A stretch of DNA of 64,000 nucleotides from an uncultured Acidimicrobiaceae bacterium (GCA_963766995.1 CAVYCE010000001.1:232571-296570), one strand, 5' to 3'; numbered from the stretch's first letter, positions 42,109 to 51,780 are shown. Numbers and translations: made by a program. The notes: a model not told the origin generated them from the letters alone.

Positions 42109-42876
42109 CTACGCCGACAGCGGCGCTCCGTCCTGGCGGGCCTTGGCTGCCATGGCGTTCTCGAAGAGCGCGGTCGCCCTGGCCACTCGGCTGGCATAGC
42201 GGGGAGCGGTGAGGTCGGTCCGCAGCTGCGCTGCGACCACTTTGCGGGCCTCACTGGGCATGGCCGTATGCACGTCGTCGTTGGTGCCAAACACGGTGGC
42301 GGTGTAACTGTCGATGGTCAGGCGCACCACTGACTGCAGGTCGTTGTCGTCGTCGTGGAACGGCACGAAGGACGCACCGAAGCGCTGATTGATTCGCTCG
42401 GTAATCCCACCCAGGTCCGACGTCGCTTCGTCGAAGGAGACCAACAGGGCGTAGTCCTGGACCTGAGGAAGCTGGCGGTAGAAGTGGATATAGCGACGCA
42501 GTTCGCTGTCGAAGTCGGGGGTGATGAATCGGGCCTTGAGCGAGATGATGGACGACACCGGCTCGCGCAGGAGCACCATGGCGGGAATGCCGCGCTGCTT
42601 GGCCAGTATCAGCGGGGCCACCGAGTGCATGTGGCTGGCGATGGACACCTCTGGGTTGACCCGCCGGAAGGCCTCCCGCACAAAGCTGTTAGCCGCCGAT
42701 TGGTAGCCCTCAATGACGATGCCGGTGTCGGCGGCCACGCCTGTACCGCGCCCGAAGTGGCAATGGAATTGGCTGTGCAGGCTCGGCGTCTTTTGGAGCA
42801 GCTGATCACTGAAGAGCTCGAGGTGATTGCGGGCTGGAAGGAGAAATCGCAATCTCTGCTTGATGGACGATGTCAT
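42109..42876 (-). CDS. hypothetical protein, weakly sulfotransferase-like
   Basis: ORF-track maximum is 42109..42996. ATG 42876 (MTSSIKQRLRF) is the first Met and GTG 42894 is also possible. LLREPVSSIISL resembles the R-x-P-x-x-x-x-S 3'-phosphate motif of sulfotransferases, but I see no PKxGTT loop. Confidence 0.5.
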   Translation of the reverse strand: MTSSIKQRLRFLLPARNHLELFSDQLLQKTPSLHSQFHCHFGRGTGVAADTGIVIEGYQSAANSFVREAFRRVNPEVSIASHMHSVAPLILAKQRGIPAMVLLREPVSSIISLKARFITPDFDSELRRYIHFYRQLPQVQDYALLVSFDEATSDLGGITERINQRFGASFVPFHDDDNDLQSVVRLTIDSYTATVFGTNDDVHTAMPSEARKVVAAQLRTDLTAPRYASRVARATALFENAMAAKARQDGAPLSA

Positions 42877-43043
42877 TGTCGACGCAGCCACGTGCACCCC
42901 TCGCCAAATGTCTTCCGAACACCGGTCGACCCGTCGCCCGCCCCGGGCCGGTCTAGCAGTCGGAGTTTGGCTGACCGAGTCCGACCAGGCAAGCACCTGG
43001 CAGTCCGAAGCCTCGCTCCGCGGGGATTTCTTCGATCAACCAG

Positions 43044-44369
43044 TCAGGAGTCCCCAGTACGGCGTCGCAGCTCGTTGACGAGATCGTCGATGGGCACCCG
43101 AACCTGCTCGGTGCTGTCACGATCACGCACGGTGACGGCATGGTCCTCCATGGAGTCGAAGTCGACGGTGACGCACCAGGGAGTGCCCACCTCATCCTGA
43201 CGGCGATAGCGCTTGCCGATGCCCTGGGTGACGTCGTAATCACACATGAAGTGCGGCTGCACCTTGGCCAAGACATCACGGGCGAACGACTCGAGCGGCT
43301 CCTTTTTGGAGAGCGGGAGGATGGCCACCTGATAAGGCGCCAGGCGCCAATGCAGGCGAAGCACGTTGCGCACTTCTCCCCCCACCTCGTCTTCGTCGTA
43401 AGCGGAGAGGAGGAAGGCCATCATGGTGCGGGTGGCGCCTGCAGCCGGCTCGATCACGTAGGGCGTGTATCGCTCGTTGGTTGTCTGATCGAAGAAGTCC
43501 AGCCGCTCGCCCGAGGCGGTGGCGTGAGCGGTGAGGTCAAAGTCGCCCCGGTTGGCGATGCCTTCGAGCTCGTCCCAGCCCCAGGGGAACAGGAACTCGA
43601 CGTCGGCCGTGCCGCGGGAGTAGTGCGAAAGCTCGCTCTCCTCGTGATGGCGTAGGCGGACCTTGTCGGCGGGGATGCCGAGCTCGATGTACCAGTTGAG
43701 ACGCTCGTTGAGCCAGTACTCAAACCACTTCGGTGCCTCGTCCGGCGGCACGAAGTACTCCATCTCCATCTGCTCGAACTCACGCGTGCGGAAAACAAAG
43801 TTCTGGGGGGTGATCTCGTTGCGGAAAGACTTGCCCACTTGGGCGATACCGAAGGGCGGCTTCTTGCGCACGGTGTTGAGCACGTTGGAGAAGTTAAGGA
43901 ACATGCCCTGGGCCGTCTCGGGTCGCAGGTAGGCCACGTGCCCTTCGTCCTCCACCGGACCGGCATGGGTCTTGAACATCAAGTTGAAGGCCTTGGCCTC
44001 GGTCAGGTCCTTGGAGCCGCAGTTGGGGCAGACCCCGTCGATCTTGTCCTCGCGCCAACGCTCCTTGCAGTTTCGGCAGTCGACCAGGGGGTCGGTGAAG
44101 GTGGCCAGGTGGCCGGAGGCGGCCCAGACAGCGGGGGGCGACAGGATGGAGGCGTCGAGTCCGACCACGTCGTCGCGCAGCTGCACCATGCTCCGCCACC
44201 AGGCGTTCTTGACGTTGCGCAGCATGTTGACACCCAGCGGCCCGTAGTCGTAGGTGGAGCGGAATCCGCCGTAAATCTCCGCCGAAGGAAAGATGAAGCC
44301 ACGGTGGCGGCAGAGGCGCACCACCTTCTCCATCAGGTCATCCGTGGTGGCCTGGTCCTCATCGGTCAT
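43044..44369 (-). CDS. glyQS: glycine--tRNA ligase (homodimeric class II)
   Basis: 441-aa ORF with FRNEITPQNFVFRTREFEQMEMEYF and a C-terminal anticodon-binding domain. The ATG overlaps the hemW stop as ATGA. Confidence 0.95.
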   Translation of the reverse strand: MTDEDQATTDDLMEKVVRLCRHRGFIFPSAEIYGGFRSTYDYGPLGVNMLRNVKNAWWRSMVQLRDDVVGLDASILSPPAVWAASGHLATFTDPLVDCRNCKERWREDKIDGVCPNCGSKDLTEAKAFNLMFKTHAGPVEDEGHVAYLRPETAQGMFLNFSNVLNTVRKKPPFGIAQVGKSFRNEITPQNFVFRTREFEQMEMEYFVPPDEAPKWFEYWLNERLNWYIELGIPADKVRLRHHEESELSHYSRGTADVEFLFPWGWDELEGIANRGDFDLTAHATASGERLDFFDQTTNERYTPYVIEPAAGATRTMMAFLLSAYDEDEVGGEVRNVLRLHWRLAPYQVAILPLSKKEPLESFARDVLAKVQPHFMCDYDVTQGIGKRYRRQDEVGTPWCVTVDFDSMEDHAVTVRDRDSTEQVRVPIDDLVNELRRRTGDS

Positions 44370-45475
44370 CGAGGAAGACTACTGGAGGCAATTCTCGTGG
44401 TGACCTCGTTGGCCAGTAACCGCCCCCGCACGGTAAGGACCGCAGCATCACCTTGTCGCTCCACCAGTCCGTCAAGGTCCTGCGTATCGAGCATGTGCCA
44501 GGGCACCCCCCGGGGCATACGCAGCGAGAGTGAGAGTCCTTCGAAGGTGCGCTGCTCTTGGCTGAGCACTTCGCGCCAAGACTCAGGTGAGCGCTGTGCT
44601 TCGATGGCCTCCACGTAGCGCTCGGGTGTGCGGACGTTCCACCACCGTTCACCCTTCCGGTGGCCATGGGCAGCGGAGCCAATCCCGAGGTAGTCGCCCT
44701 GCTCCCAGTAGAGCTGGTTGTGGCGGCACTGATGGCCCGGAAGGGCCCAGTTGGAGATCTCCTCCCAGCCGTAACCAGCGGCGCTCAGCACCCCGTCGGT
44801 CACTTCGTACTTAGCGGCCAGGGCGTCATCATCGGGATGGCGGTCGGGCTGGGCGGCCAAGGGCGTGCCGGGCTCAATGGTCAGGGCGTAAGCGCTGATG
44901 TGCGGCGGTGGGTGCGGCAAGGCCATCACGTCAGCGAGTGTCTGGCGCCAGTCATCGTCGCTCTCGGTGGCTCCTCCGAAGATGAGGTCCAGATTCCAGG
45001 TGGCGAAGCCAGCCGCAGTCACCGCTTCGGAGATGCGGTTGGCCGCATCTGGGACATTGCGCCGGCCCAGCCCCTCGAGGACGTGGGCGTTGGTGGACTG
45101 AAGTCCGAAAGAGACTCGGTTGACTCCGGCTGCTCCATAGGGCGTGAGATGCGCATCGTCGGCGTCTTCGGGATTGCACTCGACGGTGACTTCGGCGCCG
45201 TCGTTGCGAGGGATGGCCTCAACAATGCGGCACAGCAGTTCGGGATGCAGACGGGATGGAGTGCCGCCTCCGAAGAAGATGCTGGTGGCACTGGGGAGGT
45301 CGGCTGCCTCGTATTGGCGCTCGACGTCGGTGATGCAGGCCTCGGCGTAGCGCTCCATGAGATGGTCGCGGTCGGTGAAGGTGGCGAAGGCGCAATAGTC
45401 GCAGCGCTCCCGACAGAACGGAATATGGACGTACACGCCGAAGTCCGGGCCCGGTGACGAAGCAGGTGGGGTCAC
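44366..45475 (-). CDS. hemW: radical SAM heme chaperone HemW (HemN-like)
   Basis: ORF-track 44366..45574 trimmed to GTG 45475, just after the recO stop. The CxxxCxxC motif is in VYVHIPFCRERCDYCAF. Confidence 0.85.
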   Translation of the reverse strand: MTPPASSPGPDFGVYVHIPFCRERCDYCAFATFTDRDHLMERYAEACITDVERQYEAADLPSATSIFFGGGTPSRLHPELLCRIVEAIPRNDGAEVTVECNPEDADDAHLTPYGAAGVNRVSFGLQSTNAHVLEGLGRRNVPDAANRISEAVTAAGFATWNLDLIFGGATESDDDWRQTLADVMALPHPPPHISAYALTIEPGTPLAAQPDRHPDDDALAAKYEVTDGVLSAAGYGWEEISNWALPGHQCRHNQLYWEQGDYLGIGSAAHGHRKGERWWNVRTPERYVEAIEAQRSPESWREVLSQEQRTFEGLSLSLRMPRGVPWHMLDTQDLDGLVERQGDAAVLTVRGRLLANEVTTRIASSSLPR

Positions 45476-45482
45476 GGATGCT

Positions 45483-46217
45483 TCAGAGTCCCGAGGCGGA
45501 ACGGATGGATCGGATGCGTCGGTCCAAGTGAACTTCCATGGCCTCGGTGGCCAGCTCGGCCACTTCATCGGCACCGGGTGGGGGTGGGCCGCCCAGGACG
45601 GCGGCCAAGTCCCCCCCGAGAATGCGGCGCAGCAGTTGAAGGGCGGCAGGGCTCATGGGGCGACCCTTGCGGCAACGCCGGCACAGCGCTCCGCCTTCGG
45701 TGAGGTCGAAGGCAACCAGCTCCACCTCGCCCTCGGGTTCGCCGCAGGAAGCACAAGCCGACAGCTCGGGCAGGGCACCTTCGAGCACCAGGGCCTTCAA
45801 GAAGAAGGATGGCGCCAGCAGCGTGGGGTCGTTGCTGTTTTCGGCCAACGCCCGTAACGCCCCCACCAACATGGCGAAGAGCTGGCGGTCGGGGTGTCGC
45901 TCCTGGGCCATCTGGTCCGTGACTTCAAGCAGGGCCACGCCCTTGGCCACGCGGGACAAGTCCTCCCGGACGGCTCGAAACGTATTTAGCACCTCCACCT
46001 GGTTCACGATGTCGAGATCGCTGCGTCCCTGCCACAACAGCAGGTCGACGTGGGTCAGGGGTTCCAAGCGGGCGCCGAACTTGCTGGTGGTCTTGCGGAT
46101 GCCCTTGGCCACGGCCCGCACCTTGCCGTGCTGCTCGGTCATGAACACAATGATGCGATCGGCCTCACCCAGGCGGTAGGTGCGCAGCACCACACCGGTA
46201 TCCCGGAAGAGACTCAC
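45483..46217 (-). CDS. recO: DNA repair protein RecO
   Basis: 244-aa ORF. The N-terminal OB fold is DTGVVLRTYRLGEADRIIVFMT, and the Cys4 motif is CASCGE...CRRC. Confidence 0.9.
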   Translation of the reverse strand: MSLFRDTGVVLRTYRLGEADRIIVFMTEQHGKVRAVAKGIRKTTSKFGARLEPLTHVDLLLWQGRSDLDIVNQVEVLNTFRAVREDLSRVAKGVALLEVTDQMAQERHPDRQLFAMLVGALRALAENSNDPTLLAPSFFLKALVLEGALPELSACASCGEPEGEVELVAFDLTEGGALCRRCRKGRPMSPAALQLLRRILGGDLAAVLGGPPPPGADEVAELATEAMEVHLDRRIRSIRSASGL

Positions 46218-46522
46218 GGAGCTGGAGCGTCCTCGCCGGGTGAGGGGTGGGTGGTAGGGACGGCGGAACGGCGTGGACGTTGGCGGCTGGGGCGGATGCG
46301 CTCCCAGGCTTTGGCGTAGTGGGAGTTGCGGCCGTACGTGAGATTGCCGGCCCCGACCAGGGCCACCAGCGCAGCGATCACGAGCACGCCTATACCGACC
46401 GAATTGAAGCCACTGCCGTAGGTGTGCTGGTTGGCGTCGAAGAGGACGTACACGAAGGCGAGCAGGAACCAGATACCCAACACCATGACCACCCGGGCCA
46501 GTGTGAAGTGGGGCCGCTTCAT
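46214..46522 (-). CDS. hypothetical small membrane protein
   Basis: 102-aa ORF with two TM helices and 4-nt overlaps at both ends. Confidence 0.55.
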   Translation of the reverse strand: MKRPHFTLARVVMVLGIWFLLAFVYVLFDANQHTYGSGFNSVGIGVLVIAALVALVGAGNLTYGRNSHYAKAWERIRPSRQRPRRSAVPTTHPSPGEDAPAP

Positions 46523-46562
46523 GGTTCTATTCTCGCCGATTGAGCAGGCATGGTTGGACCGG

Positions 46563-47330
46563 TCATGGATTGACGGCGCCGAACCGGCGCACCCGCTGCT
46601 GGATACTCCACCACGGCCTCATAGAGGTGCTGGCGACGCATGTCGGGCCAGAGCATCTCAGGGAAGACCAGCTCGCTGTAGGCGATCTCCCAGAGCAGGA
46701 AATTGGAGATCCGGGTCTCGCCCGAGGTGCGGATCACCAAATCAGGGTCGGGCATGTCCGGGAAGTAGAGGTGGCTTGCCGAATGGCCTTCTCGTCCACC
46801 TTGTTCGGCGTGACGCCTTCGGCCACGAGGGCCTTCACCGCATCGACGATCTCGGCCCGACCGCCGTAATTAAAGGCCATGGCCATGGTCATGCGCGTGT
46901 TCTGTTTGGTCAGCTCAATCGACTCGTCCATGCGCTTGAGGACCCGGCGGGGCACCCGCCAGTCACGGCGCCCGGCGAAGCGGATCTGGACGCCCTTGTC
47001 GTTGAGCTCGTCCCGTCGACGCATGAGCAGCGACTCGTTGAACCCCATCAGGTAGCGCACCTCATCGGCCGGACGGCGCCAGTTCTCGGTGGAGAAGGCA
47101 TAGAGGGTGAGCCAGCGCACGCCGATTTCGAGGGCGCCGTTGACCACGTCCAGCAGGGCCTCCTCGCCGGCGGCGTGTCCTTCGGTTCTGGGTAGTCCTC
47201 TGGCGCTAGCCCAGCGACCGTTCCCATCCATGACACAAGCGATATGGGTCGGGACCCGAGTCAGGTCCAGCTCAGCGGGAATGGGGGCGTCACCCTCGGC
47301 GAATGTCGAGGTAGTGGAGATGGAGGCCAC
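46563..47330 (-). pseudogene. uppS: isoprenyl transferase / undecaprenyl-diphosphate synthase, reading frame interrupted twice (or two sequence errors)
   Basis: ORF 46734..47330 carries MDGNGRWA...[15 protein letters not shown]...KAIRQ and then goes out of frame. The conserved continuation [37 protein letters not shown] is in another frame (ORF 46519..46755). The conserved end [14 protein letters not shown] is back in the first frame, with its stop at 46563-46565. Confidence 0.8.
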
Positions 47331-47379
47331 CTCGTGAACCTACCTCGCCGAGCCTGTCACTCAGCGCGGGCATGATCGT

Positions 47380-49437
47380 GTGATGGAGCCGGACTGGGAC
47401 GAAGAGCCCGAGGCTGACCGAGGGGTCAGCGACGAGGCGCGCCAATACGGCGATGATGCGGTGGAGGCACTGGCCAAGGTCACGGCCCAGATGGCCAGTG
47501 GCGAGCAGCGGCCCGAGCAGCAGGAGATGTGCCGGGCCGTGGCCGAGGCCATGGTCACCGGCACGCACTTGGTGGTGCAGGCCGGCACCGGGACCGGGAA
47601 ATCACTGGCCTACCTGGTGCCCGCCGTGCTGAGCGGAAAGAAGGTGGTGGTGGCCACGGCCACCAAGGCCCTGCAGGACCAGCTGGCCGAGAAGGATCTG
47701 CCCCTGGTGGAGTCCGGACTGGGACTGCCGTTTTCGTATGCGGTGTTAAAGGGGCGCAGCAATTACATCTGCCGCCAGCGGGTGGCCGAGGTGGGCTCTG
47801 GTGGGATTCAACCCGAATTAGGCGACGCTCGTCCCGAGGTGGATGAACCCGAGCCCTACGGCGGAGAGATGTCGGCGGGTTCGCCCGAGGGATTGGTGGA
47901 GGAAGTCAAGACCTTGCTGGCCTGGTCCCAGACGACGGTGACGGGCGATCGAGGCGACCTGCACTTTGAGCCCAGCGCTCGAGCCTGGTCCATGGTGTCG
48001 GTGGGTCCGCGCGAATGCCCCGGCCAGTTCAACTGCCCGTCAGGCAATCGCTGCTTCGCTGAGGGAGCCAGGGAAGCCGCGGCGGCGGCCGACGTGGTCG
48101 TGGTGAACACCCACCTCTACGGGGCCCATCTGGCCAGCGGTCGGGCGGTACTGCCCGAACACGAGGTGGTGATCTTCGATGAGACCCATGAGCTGGAAGA
48201 GGTGATGACGTCCAGTCTCGGCGTGGAGGTGACGTCCGGGCGCTTCCGCGCTCTGGCCGTCTCCGCTCGTTCGCTGGTGGAAGAGCGAGACGCCGATCTG
48301 CTGACCACGCTGCAGACCGCGGGCGAGACGTTGGGCGCTCTGCTGGTGGAGCGGGTGGGGACCAGGGTGCTGCACCAAGATGCTGAGCCGCCGGTGGACG
48401 ACAGCGAGTTGGCCGATCTGTTGAATCGGGCCGCCGAGATGGCTGGGCGAGTCACCGATGCTCTCCGTCGCAGCGGTATGCAGTCATCGCTCCTGTCCGA
48501 AGGTGGTGCCGATCCCGACCGCAACAGCCGCAAGCAACGAGCGGTGACGGCGGCGGCACACCTGACCGACGACCTGCAGCGCCTGGTGGCACGCACGCGA
48601 GGAGAGGTGGCCTGGGTGGATGGGACGCGCCGGAATGCGCGGCTGCGGCTCTCCCCCATTGATGTCGGGCCTGTCCTCAATGCCACCTTGTGGAACGACA
48701 TCACGGCGATCATGACCAGCGCCACGGTGCCCCCGATGATGGTGAAGCGGGTGGGGCTGGAGGGGCACGAGACCGAGGAGCTCAACGTCGGCAGCCCCTT
48801 CGACTACCGCTCCCACGCCTTGCTCTACGTGGCCCGGCACCTGCCCGACCGGCGAGCACCCGATGCCGAGGCCAAGCTGCACGAGGAGTTAGCGCTGCTA
48901 ATTGAGGCGGCGGGAGGGCGCACGCTGGCGCTGTTCACCAGCCGGCGGGCTACCGAAGAAGCGGCGGTCGCCATATCAGCCGCGCTGCCTTACCGGGTGC
49001 TGTTGCAGGGAGAATTGCCCAAGGGGCGGCTATTGGAGCAATTCGCTGAGGACGAGACTTCTTGTTTGTTCGCCACCATGGGCTTCTGGCAGGGAGTGGA
49101 CATTCCTGGGCGCTCGCTCTCACTGCTCACCCTGGACCGCCTGCCGTTCCCCCGTCCTGATGACCCGCTGCTACAGGCTCGACGCGATCGGGCAGGCAGC
49201 CGCGCCTTCTCGGTGGTCGACCTGCCGCGTGCCGCCACGCTGTTAGCCCAGGGTTCGGGACGATTGATCCGATCGGCGGACGATCGTGGCGTGGTGGCCG
49301 TCCTCGATCCTCGGCTGGCGACCGCCACCTACCGAGGGGTGCTGCTCGGAGCTCTGCCCCCGATGCGGCGGACCGTGGAGCGCAGCGAGGTGGAGGCGTT
49401 TCTTCGGGAGGCGCTCGCGAATCCGGCCGATGGGTGA
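47380..49437 (+). CDS. DinG/XPD-family ATP-dependent DNA helicase with Fe-S cluster cysteines
   Basis: 685-aa ORF. Walker A is VQAGTGTGKSLAYLVPA and the DEAH-like box is IFDETHELE. Four Cys are present (ICRQ, ECPG, NCPS, RCF). Confidence 0.85.
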   Translation: MMEPDWDEEPEADRGVSDEARQYGDDAVEALAKVTAQMASGEQRPEQQEMCRAVAEAMVTGTHLVVQAGTGTGKSLAYLVPAVLSGKKVVVATATKALQDQLAEKDLPLVESGLGLPFSYAVLKGRSNYICRQRVAEVGSGGIQPELGDARPEVDEPEPYGGEMSAGSPEGLVEEVKTLLAWSQTTVTGDRGDLHFEPSARAWSMVSVGPRECPGQFNCPSGNRCFAEGAREAAAAADVVVVNTHLYGAHLASGRAVLPEHEVVIFDETHELEEVMTSSLGVEVTSGRFRALAVSARSLVEERDADLLTTLQTAGETLGALLVERVGTRVLHQDAEPPVDDSELADLLNRAAEMAGRVTDALRRSGMQSSLLSEGGADPDRNSRKQRAVTAAAHLTDDLQRLVARTRGEVAWVDGTRRNARLRLSPIDVGPVLNATLWNDITAIMTSATVPPMMVKRVGLEGHETEELNVGSPFDYRSHALLYVARHLPDRRAPDAEAKLHEELALLIEAAGGRTLALFTSRRATEEAAVAISAALPYRVLLQGELPKGRLLEQFAEDETSCLFATMGFWQGVDIPGRSLSLLTLDRLPFPRPDDPLLQARRDRAGSRAFSVVDLPRAATLLAQGSGRLIRSADDRGVVAVLDPRLATATYRGVLLGALPPMRRTVERSEVEAFLREALANPADG

Positions 49438-49462
49438 GGTGGAGCAGCAAGCTGCTCGGTGA

Positions 49463-50065
49463 TCATGGAGCTTGGGGGTGGATGGTCTCCCCTCGGGCCA
49501 ACATTTCGACAAACTGGCCGATGCGTCGAGAGCGGGTTTCGAGTTTCTTGGCGTTTCCGACCCTGTAGAGGATGGCGTAGCGATTCGCGCTGGTGAGCTC
49601 CTCAAACATGGCCTTCGCCCGAGGATTGGCATTGAGTGCAACGAGAAGATCCTCCGGTACCTCAATGCCTGCTTGCCCTGCGTAGGCGGCCTCCCATCGG
49701 CCATCTTCTTTCGCCAGCCGCACTTGCTCTAAGCCCGATGCATGCATTCGGCCGGTAACGATCAGCCTTTCAGCGATGGCCGCATTCCGCTGGGACCACG
49801 GGCTGCGAGCTTTTCGAGGCGTGAAACGTCGTCGGAACGTCGCGTCGTCGCGACTCCCGAGTTGACCATCAATCCAGCCGAAGGAGATCGCCTCGTCCAG
49901 CGCCTCATCGTACGAGATGCTTGTCGGGTCGGCGGTTCCCTTTTTGGCCAATACCAGCCAAACACCATGTGACTCGCCATAGTGGGTGCTCAACCATCTT
50001 CGCCATTCGCCAACATCCACCACCAGCAACTCTGGGAGATCCACGCGGCTCACGGTATTCGCCAA
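49463..50065 (-). CDS. YdeI/OmpD-associated family protein
   Basis: 200-aa ORF with WRRWLSTHYGESHGVWLVLAKKG...ISFGWIDGQ...RFTPRKARSPWSQRN. Confidence 0.78.
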   Translation of the reverse strand: MANTVSRVDLPELLVVDVGEWRRWLSTHYGESHGVWLVLAKKGTADPTSISYDEALDEAISFGWIDGQLGSRDDATFRRRFTPRKARSPWSQRNAAIAERLIVTGRMHASGLEQVRLAKEDGRWEAAYAGQAGIEVPEDLLVALNANPRAKAMFEELTSANRYAILYRVGNAKKLETRSRRIGQFVEMLARGETIHPQAP

Positions 50066-50158
50066 GGGCCGGGTGGGGCGTGGCCGCTAGTGGCCATAGC
50101 GGTCCTCCCCCCTATTCATGAGATGCCTGATGACGGCTCACCCAGCAGTCATCTCGGG

Positions 50159-50761
50159 TCAGCCGGGATTGGCCAGTTCGAGAAATCCTGCGCGAACTGT
50201 CAGCGATACCCGGCGCACAAAGCGATCCTTTTCGGGCGTGCGGGACACGAGCCACGATTCGACAGCTGTGAAGACGAACCCAATGGCACCGTTGAGGACG
50301 ACGGAGAGCTCATCTTCGTCAACAGCTGAATCGAGGAGGCCGACAACCATCCACGCTCCTTCGTGGATAACACGGACCAACGCGTTCTCCAACAAGCCAC
50401 GATCGCTCACCCGAATATTGCGGATCAAAAATGCATAAAGATGAGGGTTGTCGACAATGAGGGTCACAATGACGTCGATGAGGGCGTCAATGGCCTCCTC
50501 GAAGGTGACCACTGCATTGGGAGCGAATCTGAGAGTGGTCATGTCAACCACTTGGACGGCCAGGAACTCGGCGATTGCGTCCACCATGCCGTTCTTGTCG
50601 CCAAACTCGGCGTAGAGGATGGGTTTGCTGACGCCGGCGACTTTGGCGATCACATCGATGGAGACCTCTGGTCCCTGCGTGGAAATAGCCTTCACCGTCG
50701 CAGCGATGAGCTGCCCTCTATGATCTGCTCGTTGGGCCTCAGTGCGCGGCGGCCGACCCAT
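50159..50761 (-). CDS. TetR/AcrR-family transcriptional regulator
   Basis: ORF-track 50159..50923 trimmed to ATG 50761 (MGRPPRTEAQRADHRGQL...), preceded by GGGAG. The HTH is IDVIAKVAGVSKPILYAEFGDKNG. Confidence 0.8.
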   Translation of the reverse strand: MGRPPRTEAQRADHRGQLIAATVKAISTQGPEVSIDVIAKVAGVSKPILYAEFGDKNGMVDAIAEFLAVQVVDMTTLRFAPNAVVTFEEAIDALIDVIVTLIVDNPHLYAFLIRNIRVSDRGLLENALVRVIHEGAWMVVGLLDSAVDEDELSVVLNGAIGFVFTAVESWLVSRTPEKDRFVRRVSLTVRAGFLELANPG

Positions 50762-50859
50762 CCGAGCTCCCGCCCGTCGATCGGGTTCTACCGTTGAACC
50801 TGAGTCTGGGTTTCGGGGCATCTCCAACGTTGCCACGTCACACCATGCATGCGCCGCCG

Positions 50860-51729
50860 CTAGGCGTGATCTGCGCTGCTCCCGGGACTCGTCCTCATGG
50901 CGGGTGCGAGGCGAATCCGCCATTCGGACACCAAGGCGTCAGTGTCGACGTCACGAGGGTGGAAGCTCGGTCGCACGTACTGCCTGAGCATTCGGTTGGC
51001 CCTTCGTCCCACCATCTCCTGGTGGGCCAGGTTGTAGCGGAACTGCTTCCAGGTACCACGGGTGAGCTCTCGACGATCGACCAACAACGCCCGCACGTAG
51101 CCCCGCAGGACCACGCTGCCGAAGCTCAGACCGGCAAAGAGGATTCCCAGCAGGCGCACGCCATAGTTGCCGCTGACCTCGTTGAACACGTCATAGGCCA
51201 CGTCTTTGTGCTCGAGTTCCTCCAGGGCGTGCCAGGTAATGAGCAGCTCAAAGTCGGCTGACGGGAAAAGAGTGGTGCGAGTTTGTTCGTCGCTGAGCAC
51301 GATATGCGCCAGGACTGACGTGAAGTGCTCTGATGCCGCAGTCACCGCGAGCTGAATCGACTGAGGGAGGCGGTGCATGCGAGTCGCCACCTTGAGCAGG
51401 TTGGCGTCAAAGGAGGCTGTCGGATAATTGAGTTCCGCCAGTCGTTGATTGAAAGCCCGATGCTGCTGTCCGTGCACGGACTCTTGCCCTATAAACCCTT
51501 TCACTTTCGTCTTGAGGTCGGTATTGCCTTCGAGGGCACTGCGGTAGTTGCGGACCGAGGCAACGAAGAAATCCTCACCGTTGGGAAACACGGCCGAGAG
51601 GGCAGCGAGATAGTGGCTCGAGATGGGATCCCCCGGAACAATCCACCGATCGACGTCGGCCTGCGCCAAGTCGGCGTTTGGCCTACGAATTGGGATTCCT
51701 TCGGGGCGTTCAGTCAAAGCGATCGACAT
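50860..51729 (-). CDS. predicted metal-dependent hydrolase (PF10118-like)
   Basis: ORF-track 50860..51789 trimmed to ATG 51729, preceded by AGGAGG. His/Glu-rich motifs are GQESVHGQQH, AASEHFTSVLAH and WHALEELEHKDVAYDVF. Confidence 0.68.
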   Translation of the reverse strand: MSIALTERPEGIPIRRPNADLAQADVDRWIVPGDPISSHYLAALSAVFPNGEDFFVASVRNYRSALEGNTDLKTKVKGFIGQESVHGQQHRAFNQRLAELNYPTASFDANLLKVATRMHRLPQSIQLAVTAASEHFTSVLAHIVLSDEQTRTTLFPSADFELLITWHALEELEHKDVAYDVFNEVSGNYGVRLLGILFAGLSFGSVVLRGYVRALLVDRRELTRGTWKQFRYNLAHQEMVGRRANRMLRQYVRPSFHPRDVDTDALVSEWRIRLAPAMRTSPGSSADHA

Positions 51730-51756
51730 GGGCCAACCTCCTGCCAGTGATGTACC

Positions 51757-51780
51757 CCTACTTTTACTACTAAGAGTAGG
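51757..51780. promoter_or_regulatory. AT-rich inverted repeat CCTACT-N12-AGTAGG upstream of the hydrolase-TetR operon (candidate TetR operator)
   Basis: CCTACTTTTACTACTAAGAGTAGG lies 28-51 nt upstream of start 51729. It is the only AT-rich element in the spacer. Confidence 0.35.

Noticed and set aside
46519-46755. 78-aa ORF as an independent small gene
   Set aside because: Its sequence ([31 protein letters not shown]) is the conserved C-terminal half of UppS. It is treated as part of the frameshifted uppS.
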